Source: Methylorubrum extorquens (GTDB lineage: Bacteria > Pseudomonadota > Alphaproteobacteria > Rhizobiales > Beijerinckiaceae). From it: 32,000 nt of DNA. This document shows positions 26,095 through 32,000 of this stretch, one piece after another. The DNA is taken from positions 2,160,001 to 2,192,000 of the forward strand of contig LT962688.1 in NCBI GenBank assembly GCA_900234795.1, written 5' to 3'. Under the pieces are notes generated by a model. That model was given only the letters and a program-made list of their open reading frames with translations. It searched no databases and was not told the DNA's origin. The position numbers and the translations under genes are program-made. How positions within the stretch are numbered: position 1 is the first letter of the stretch; every line of letters begins with the position of its first letter.

Positions 26095-26268
26095 TCAGGC
26101 CTCGTCGCGCATTCGGGCGTCCGGGATCCGGCTCGGCCAGCAGACGAGGTGGGGCGCGAGCCATTCGTGGCTCAGCATCGCGCCGGACGCGAGCGGCAGC
26201 GGCCCGGCTTCGGCAGGCAGCGCCGCGTTCCGCAGGAGCGTGACGAGCCAAGTGAAAAGCTGTCTCAT
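26095..26268 (-). CDS. Small hypothetical ORF (57 aa) translationally coupled to the oxygenase gene
   Basis: ATG 26268 overlaps the upstream stop (ATGA at 26265-26268). MRQLFTWLVTLLRNAALPAEAGPLPLASGAMLSHEWLAPHLVCWPSRIPDARMRDEA. GC-rich third positions. No recognisable family; could be a gene fragment. Confidence 0.3.
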   Translation of the reverse strand: MRQLFTWLVTLLRNAALPAEAGPLPLASGAMLSHEWLAPHLVCWPSRIPDARMRDEA

Positions 26269-27288
26269 GCGGCCTGCGCCTCGGCGATGAGCAGGTCGGC
26301 ATAGTGGGCTGCCGCCACGTCGGGATGCGAGCGCAGTCGACCCTTGAGGTAATTGCGGCCGACCTCGCGGAAGAGCGGGTTCTCCGGGTCGCTCGCCGCG
26401 CCCCGTGCCTGCTCCGCCAGCGCGGCGGGCAGATCGAGCAGCGGGACGGTGGCGTCGTGTCGCGCGCCGAGGAAGAAGGCGATGGAGAGCCGGTCCCGGC
26501 CTGCATCCGGCGTCACCACCCGGTGGATTGTGGCCCGCAGGTAGCCGTTCGAGGCGAGTTCCAGCAGTTCGCCGACATTGACCACGAAGGCCCCCTCGAC
26601 CGGTGCGACCGCGATCCAGCGGCCGTCGGCATCCTCGACCTCCAGGCCGCCTACGCCGTCCTGCACCAAGAGGGTGAGAAAGCCGCTGTCCTTGTGGGCG
26701 CCGACGCCCTGGTTGTCGCCGGTGGCCTCGCGGCCGGGATAGCGGATGATCTTGATGTGCTGGTTGGGTGCGCCGGCGTAGATCGGCGCGAAGACGTCGG
26801 TCTCCTGCCCAAGCGCCAGGGCGAAGGCCTGCAGCAGGCGGATGCCGATATCTGTGACCGCCTCCTGCCAGGCCAGGAGCCCGACCCGGAGCCCCGGCAG
26901 GGCGGCCGGCCACTGGTTCGGCCCCTGGGAGGCGGGTCCATGCCGGGAGGCCGGGTTCACGCGGCCGCGCCGCCCGCTCGGCGCTGATATCGAACTGCTC
27001 GCGCCAGTCGGCCCGCCCACGGGTGATCTCCTGGCCGGCCTCGGTGTAGCCTCGGAAATGGGGCGAGTTCACCATCGCGACCGCCCGCTTCTCCTCCGCC
27101 GGCAGGGCAAAGAAGTGCCGTGCCAGCGCCTGGACGCCGGCGATCTGCGAGGCCGGAATGCCGTGTCCGACGAGATAAAAGAAACCGGTCTCGCGGGCGG
27201 CCGTCCGCAGCTCCGCGAGGAAGGCGTCGCGCTCGCTCCCACCCGCATCGAGGCGGGCGAGATCGAGGATGGGGAGCGTGTGGCTCAT
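26265..27288 (-). pseudogene. 2-oxoglutarate/Fe(II)-dependent oxygenase (isopenicillin-N-synthase family) with one frameshift (as assembled)
   Basis: The N-terminal part (MSHTLPILDLARLDAGGSERDAFLAELRTAARETGFFYLVGHGIP...) is in the frame of track ORF 26095-27402. The C-terminal part (QGPNQWPAALPGLR...GVGAHKDSGFLTLLVQD...YLRATIHRV) is in ORF 26265-27020. The junction reads CGC CTC CCA GGG instead of CGC CTC CAG GGG CCG AAC CAG TGG: one extra C in a CCC run (plus-strand GGG 26927-26929). The 1024-nt span is 1023+1. The H-x-D...H iron triad (HKD, HRV) is present. Confidence 0.8.
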
Positions 27289-27289
27289 C

Positions 27290-28612
27290 TCAGGCCGCCC
27301 GCGCCAGCGTTCCGGCGGCGGCCAGCGCCTGATCGAGATCGGCCAGGATGTCGTCGATGTGCTCCAGCCCAACCGAGAGGCGCACGTAACCGTCGGTGAC
27401 ACCGGTGGCGCGCTGCTCGGCCGGCGTCAGCTGCGAGTGGGTGGTCGAGGCCGGGTGGATCGCAAGGCTGCGCACATCGCCGATATTGGCGACGTGGTAG
27501 AACAGCTTGAGCGCGTCAATGAAGCGGCGCCCGGCGGCGCGGCCCGCCGCCAGCTCGAACCCGACGAGGCCGCCATAGCCTCCCCTCAGGATGCGGTCGG
27601 CCCGCTCCCGCGCAGCGCCGGTTTGAGCGGAGGGATGGATCACGCGGGCGATCTCCGGCCGACGCCCGAGCCAGTCGGCGACCGCTTGCGCATTGCGGCT
27701 GTGGCGCTCGATCCGCAGGGGAAGCGTCTCGATCCCCTGGAGCGTCAGGAAGGCGTTGAGCGGCGAGACGGCGGGACCGAGATCGCGCAGGAGCCGCACC
27801 CGTGCCCGCAAGGCATAGGCGACCGGGCCGATCGGCCGCGCGGCCTCGGTCCAGACCGCGCCATGATAGCTCGGATCCGGCGTGTTCAGGGCGGGCTGGC
27901 GATCGGGATAGGCCGCCCAGTCGAAGCGCCCGCCGTCGACGATGGCTCCGCCGATGGCGATGCCGTGGCCGCCGAGATACTTCGTGGTCGAATAGACGAC
28001 GATTGCCGCGCCATGGTCGAGAGGCCGTGCCAACAGGGGCGCCGCGGTGTTGTCGACGATGAGCGGGATGCCGAGCGGCCGGCCGATCGCCGCCACCTCG
28101 GCGATGGGGAAGACCGTGAGCTTCGGGTTCGGCAGGGTCTCGGCGTAGTAGGCCCGCGTCCGCCCATCGGTCGCGCGGGAGAAATTGTCCGGGTCGGCGG
28201 GATCGACAAAGCGGACCTCGATGCCCTGCTCGGCCAGCGTGTGGGCGAACAGGTTCCATGTGCCGCCGTAGAGGTCGGTGGAGGAGACGATGTTGTCACC
28301 TGCCCGCGCGAGGTTCTGGACGCTCAGCGCGGAGGCCGCCTGACCGGAGGCGAGAGCCAGCGCGGCCGCGCCGCCCTCCAGCGCGGCGAGGCGCTGCTCC
28401 AGCACGTCGACGGTGGGATTGGTGACCCGGGTGTAGATGTTGCCGAGTTCCTTGAGCGCGAACAGGCTCTCCGCGTGATCGGTGTCGCGGAACTGGTAGG
28501 AGGTGGTCTGGTGGATCGGCACTGCGACCGATCCGGTCTGAGGATCGGCGCGCCAACCGGCATGGAGCGCGAGCGTTTCGGCGTAGACTGAAGCGGGCGT
28601 CTGGTCCGACAT
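27290..28612 (-). CDS. metY: O-acetylhomoserine sulfhydrylase / aminocarboxypropyltransferase (PLP-dependent, Cys/Met metabolism family)
   Basis: 440 aa. TLALHAGWRADPQTGSVAVPIHQTTSYQF, NPTVDVLEQRLAALEGG, the PLP-lysine region STTKYLGGHG, IHPASTTHSQL. GGGAG Shine-Dalgarno upstream of ATG 28612. The stop is 1 nt before the oxygenase start. Confidence 0.9.
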   Translation of the reverse strand: MSDQTPASVYAETLALHAGWRADPQTGSVAVPIHQTTSYQFRDTDHAESLFALKELGNIYTRVTNPTVDVLEQRLAALEGGAAALALASGQAASALSVQNLARAGDNIVSSTDLYGGTWNLFAHTLAEQGIEVRFVDPADPDNFSRATDGRTRAYYAETLPNPKLTVFPIAEVAAIGRPLGIPLIVDNTAAPLLARPLDHGAAIVVYSTTKYLGGHGIAIGGAIVDGGRFDWAAYPDRQPALNTPDPSYHGAVWTEAARPIGPVAYALRARVRLLRDLGPAVSPLNAFLTLQGIETLPLRIERHSRNAQAVADWLGRRPEIARVIHPSAQTGAARERADRILRGGYGGLVGFELAAGRAAGRRFIDALKLFYHVANIGDVRSLAIHPASTTHSQLTPAEQRATGVTDGYVRLSVGLEHIDDILADLDQALAAAGTLARAA

Positions 28613-28980
28613 CGGCGGCTCCCTTGAGTAGATCCCAAGATGATCAGCCGATCCATATTGAAGTCAACGGAAGTTGTTTTCTTTGTTTATTGGTTTTGGG
28701 TGATTTTCTTCGTCGTTGCGGGCGAATTTTGCTACTTGTCACCTGGGCTGCCACCGCGCCCGAACGGCCGCCTCCGAGCGGGCCTTCGCTCTTGCCGCGC
28801 TTTCCGAATTGGGAAGGGGTCAGGCTGTCGGCTGCGGCTCTAGGCATCCGCGGACGTGATGATGGATGCTCATCGCAACGGTCGATGTCGTCTTCGCTGG
28901 CATCCGACGCCTTGGCCGCGGTGAGGGCAGCAGCCGAGACCGTAGGAACGATCCCGGCTTTCAACGACGACCATTCCGGA

Positions 28981-29017
28981 GAAGGAAGGGCCGACGAGGA
29001 CGGTCGGCCCTTCCTTC
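28981..29017. terminator. Perfect 15-bp-stem hairpin in an otherwise unassigned 580-nt gap
   Basis: GAAGGAAGGGCCGAC (28981-28995), loop GAGGACG, GTCGGCCCTTCCTTC (29003-29017). On the plus strand it ends ...CCTTCCTTCTTGG (weakly T-rich). It lies 176 nt downstream of the L,D-transpeptidase stop on the minus strand. Which transcript it serves is unclear. Confidence 0.4.
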
Positions 29018-29192
29018 TTGGAAATGCGCGCGGTTCGGCCCCCTGAACGGCGTCGCCGATGGGCCCGCCTCAACCCGCCGTCGATGTGACGGCGCTCGCG
29101 ACAAAAGCGGCAACGCCCTGGACCGACTTGTCAGTCCTCGACCGTCGCAGGCGTCGCAACCTGCTGCCGACAAACTTCCCGCATGCCCACAG

Positions 29193-29792
29193 TCAGTTCT
29201 TCACGATCACCTTCGTGCCGACTTTCACCCGGTCGTACAGATCGACCACGTCCTTGTTGGTCATGCGGATGCAGCCTGACGACACGGCCGCGCCCATCGT
29301 CTCGGGCTCGTTCGAGCCATGGATGCGGTAGAGCGAGGAGCCGAGATACATCGCCCGGGCGCCGAGCGGGTTGTCCTGGCCGCCGGCCATGTAGCGCGGC
29401 AGGTCCGGGCGGCGGGCGAGCATCTGGGCCGGCGGGCGCCAGGCCGGCCATTCCTTCTTGCCCGTGACCGTCTTGGTGCCCGACCACGAGAAGCCCTGGC
29501 GCCCGACGCCGACACCGTAGCGGATCGCCTCGCCGCCGCCGAGCACGTAGTAGAGCCGGCGCTGGCTCGTGGAGATCACGATCGTGCCGGGCTTCTCCTT
29601 GCCGGCATAGGCCACCGTGTCACGCGGGATGGCCTGCGTCTTGAAGACGTTGATGAAGTCGGCCAGCAGCCCGCTGTCGAGCGGGTTGGCGTGGGCCGGC
29701 ACGAGGGCGGCCGCCGCAAGAGCACCGCCGAGGGCAAGCGTTGCGGCAAGGCGCGGCAGCGCGGAACGGTTCGGCCAGGATCGGGTCGGCAA
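29193..29792 (-). CDS. L,D-transpeptidase (YkuD/ErfK domain) with signal peptide
   Basis: YkuD catalytic motif RIHGSNEPETMGAAVSSGCIRMTNKDV. Apparent TTG start at 29792, preceded by GGAGGA with an 8-nt spacer (GAGGAGGATACACGCC TTG). Signal peptide ...LAATLALGGALAAAALVPAHA. Confidence 0.88.
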   Translation of the reverse strand: MPTRSWPNRSALPRLAATLALGGALAAAALVPAHANPLDSGLLADFINVFKTQAIPRDTVAYAGKEKPGTIVISTSQRRLYYVLGGGEAIRYGVGVGRQGFSWSGTKTVTGKKEWPAWRPPAQMLARRPDLPRYMAGGQDNPLGARAMYLGSSLYRIHGSNEPETMGAAVSSGCIRMTNKDVVDLYDRVKVGTKVIVKN

Positions 29793-30086
29793 GGCGTGTA
29801 TCCTCCTCGAAGGGACCGCGCCGCGCGGGTGGCGGCAGCAGGCGAGTCGAGCGCTTTAGGGCCGGCCGTCAGGGCAGGAGGAAGGCAAGGGTGTGGGTTC
29901 TCGGCAACGCCTGCGCCTAAATGTCGGGCGCATCCGGAACACCGTGCGGCCTGGCACATCGGCTCACGGCCGAAGCATGCTCCGCTGGATGAGGGGCCGA
30001 GTGACTGTCCTGGAGGACCGGCCAGAATGCCGCACTCGATTGCGCGGGAACGTTTCATCCACCACAATGATGTCATCGTGACCATC

Positions 30087-30455
30087 ATGACTCGCCTTGC
30101 ATCGACGGGCCGTACCCATGCCGGCCGACCGGCCCGCATCGTTCTGTCCACGCTGGTCGGGCTGCTGAGCCTGCTCGTCGTCATCGGACTGCCGACCGAC
30201 GGCTCTGCCCTCGGCGGGATCCCGCAGGCACATGGCGTGGTGACGTTCGAGCAACGCCCCGACACGGACCCGCTCGCCAGCGTGCGGATCGGCCACGCCG
30301 TGCTCGATCTCGACGAGGTCGCGAAACTCGGGCGCGTGAGCGCGGTCCTTCCGGGTCTCGACCGCGTGCGGGCGTCGTCCCGTCCCCGTCCCCTCTCGGA
30401 TCGGAACCCCGCTGCCGCCGAACGCGGTCAGCCCGAGCGTCCGCCCTGGGCCTGA
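30087..30455 (+). CDS. Hypothetical membrane-anchored protein (122 aa)
   Basis: Internal ATG of track ORF 29319-30455 (alternative ATG 30026). MTRLASTGRTHAGRPARIVLSTLVGLLSLLVVIGLP... has one TM segment and GC-rich third positions. No family recognised. Confidence 0.35.
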   Translation: MTRLASTGRTHAGRPARIVLSTLVGLLSLLVVIGLPTDGSALGGIPQAHGVVTFEQRPDTDPLASVRIGHAVLDLDEVAKLGRVSAVLPGLDRVRASSRPRPLSDRNPAAAERGQPERPPWA

Positions 30456-30834
30456 CAGGCGCGCGGTCGCGGTCGTACGGGCGTTGCGAGAGGTTTGAGC
30501 GATGGCATGGCGCCGATGCGCGCCGTCGTCGGATTGCCAAACTTCGCGCCCAGGATGTACCCCGACCCCATTCGGCTGTCCCGCACCGTCGATCCCGATG
30601 CCTCTGGCATCTTACGTCCAGGGCCTTCGATCCCCGATCGTCGCAGCGGCCCGGTGATTGCAACGGCGCGCGAGGCCGATCCGGTCTCCCCCGTCATCCG
30701 TGACGCGCGGTGACGCTCTCCTTCCCGGGGGACCGCCGGCCGCGTCACGGCATCGGCTCGAAGGCCAGCACCGGCCTTCGGACAGACGTCGATGCGACAA
30801 CAAATGCCGAGAGCATCGTAGGAGTAACCCCATC

Positions 30835-32000
30835 GTGACGCCGTCTCCCCAGTCGCCCGGCAGCAATCCCGGCCTTGCCAAGGCCGGAAGCCGCCGCTCC
30901 CGCTGGTCCCTGCCGGCCTCTCTTCTCGTCGGTGCCGTCCTCGTCGCCGTCTCGGCCTGCAACGAGCAGAAGGCGGCCGCGCCCGTGCCGCTGCCGCCGC
31001 CCGAGGTCAGCGTCGTCAGCGTCCGTCCGCAACCGATCCCCTACGTCCGTGACCTGCCCGGCCGCGTCGCGCCGATGCGCATCGCCGAGGTGCGCTCGCG
31101 GGTCTCGGGTCTGGTGATCCGGCGCCTGTTCGAGCAGGGCAGCCACGTCAACGAGGGCGACGTCCTCTACAAGATCGACCCGGCCCCCTATCAGGTCGAC
31201 CTCGCCAGCGCCGAGGCGACTTTGGCCAACCGCGAGGCCGCCCTGGTGCTGGCCAACCAGCAGGCCGACCGCCTCGAGACCCTGCTCGCCCGCAACACCG
31301 CGAGCCAGGCGCAGTACGACACGGCGTTTGCCGCCAAGAAGCAGGCCGAGGCCGAAGTCGCCGGCGCCAAGGCGGCCCGCGACCGGGCCCGGCTCAACCT
31401 GTCCTGGACCGACGTGCGCGCGCCGATCTCCGGCCGCATCGGCCGGGCGCTGCTCACCGAGGGTACGCTGATCGAGTCCGGCATCACCGGCGTGCTCGCC
31501 ACGATCCAGCAGCTCGATCCGATCTACGTCGACATCACCCAGTCGGTGGGCGAGCTGAACAAGCTGCGCCGCGACATCGCCTCGGGCGAACTCGCCAAGC
31601 TCGCCGCCGACACCGCCAACGTCCACCTCATCATGGACGACGGCACGCTCTACGGCTCGGCCGGGCGCCTGCTGTTCTCCGACGTCACCGCCGACCCGAG
31701 CACGGGCCAGGTGACGCTGCGGGTGCAGTTCCCCAACCCGCACAACGAGCTGTTTCCCGGCATGTATGTCCGCGCCCGGATCAAGCAGGGCATCGACTCG
31801 GACGCCATCGCCGTGCCGCAGCAGGCGATCCAGCGCACCAGTGACGGCAAGCCCGAGGTCTGGGTGGTCAAGCCCGACGGCAAGGTCATGCTCCAGCCGG
31901 TCGAGGTCGGCCCCGTGGTCGGCGGCAACTGGCTGATCCGCGAGGGCCTGGAGGGCGGCGAGAAGGTCGTCGTCGAAGGCTTCCAGAAGATCTCCGCGGG
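30835..32000 (+). CDS. RND efflux periplasmic adaptor (membrane fusion protein, AcrA/MexA family), partial: runs off the right window edge
   Basis: Absent from the ORF track (no stop in the window). Manual translation from GTG 30835 (GGAG at 30821-30824) gives VTPSPQSPGSNPGLAKAGSRRSRWSLPASLLVGAVLVAVSACNEQK... (lipobox VSAC). Then VSVVSVRPQPIPYVRDLPGRVAPMRIAEVRSRVSGLVIRRLFEQGSHVNEGDVLYKIDPAPYQVDLASAEA..., and ...VVEGFQKISAG at the end. Classic MFP pattern. Track ORF 30745-31743 on the minus strand is its antisense shadow. Confidence 0.88.
   Translation, partial: MTPSPQSPGSNPGLAKAGSRRSRWSLPASLLVGAVLVAVSACNEQKAAAPVPLPPPEVSVVSVRPQPIPYVRDLPGRVAPMRIAEVRSRVSGLVIRRLFEQGSHVNEGDVLYKIDPAPYQVDLASAEATLANREAALVLANQQADRLETLLARNTASQAQYDTAFAAKKQAEAEVAGAKAARDRARLNLSWTDVRAPISGRIGRALLTEGTLIESGITGVLATIQQLDPIYVDITQSVGELNKLRRDIASGELAKLAADTANVHLIMDDGTLYGSAGRLLFSDVTADPSTGQVTLRVQFPNPHNELFPGMYVRARIKQGIDSDAIAVPQQAIQRTSDGKPEVWVVKPDGKVMLQPVEVGPVVGGNWLIREGLEGGEKVVVEGFQKISA

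Noticed and set aside
28613-28760. SAM-II riboswitch call for the metY leader
   Set aside because: The context fits, but I could not align the minus-strand leader to the SAM-II pseudoknot consensus as I remember it. There is no U-rich loop partner for the A-rich strand on that strand. Kept only as an open question needing an Rfam scan.
30456-30834. 72-aa ORF 30495-30713 upstream of the RND adaptor gene, considered as a possible regulator or leader peptide
   Set aside because: No HTH or other motif and Pro/Arg-rich composition. No TetR-type gene is visible here.

Overview
GC-rich segment (about 65-70% G+C by eye, not computed). It looks like alphaproteobacterial chromosome, Hyphomicrobiales/Methylobacterium-like; this is inferred only from protein flavour (Usg-family protein, SoxC/SorA-type sulfite dehydrogenase, a groESL paralogue). 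I can support about 27 CDS. I found no rRNA, tRNA, CRISPR array, transposase or integrase. Many long ORFs in the supplied track are off-frame or antisense shadow ORFs of real genes, as expected in GC-rich DNA. Two genes that run off the window edges are missing from the track and were found by manual translation: 1-472 minus strand and 30835-32000 plus strand.

The dominant theme is sulfur and organosulfur metabolism:
- (i) A tight plus-strand cluster: DUF971, an AprA-like FAD flavoprotein, a short 2x[4Fe-4S] ferredoxin and a HEAT-repeat protein. It is followed by a Crp/Fnr regulator and a translationally coupled NitT/TauT-type ABC importer. The importer's binding protein carries an extra C-terminal domain, and a DsbA-family isomerase is coupled to its ATPase.
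- (ii) A six-gene minus-strand operon: binding protein, SoxC/SorA molybdoenzyme, cytochrome c, SsuA-like binding protein, SfnG/SsuD-like flavin monooxygenase and an NCS2 permease.
- (iii) An SfnB-like acyl-CoA-dehydrogenase-fold gene.
- (iv) metY followed by a 2OG-Fe(II) oxygenase.

The best candidates for undescribed biology are the APS-reductase-like four-gene module (3991-7299) and an 802-aa three-part protein with a central PHP/CehA-like metal-hydrolase core (18741-21149), which sits divergent to the sulfite dehydrogenase operon.

Three otherwise intact genes or gene segments carry insertion-type frameshifts in short simple tracts: groEL twice and the 2OG oxygenase once. These are either recent pseudogenisation or assembly indel errors; the sequence alone cannot separate the two.

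All family assignments come from my own reading of the translations and recalled motifs. No database search was run.
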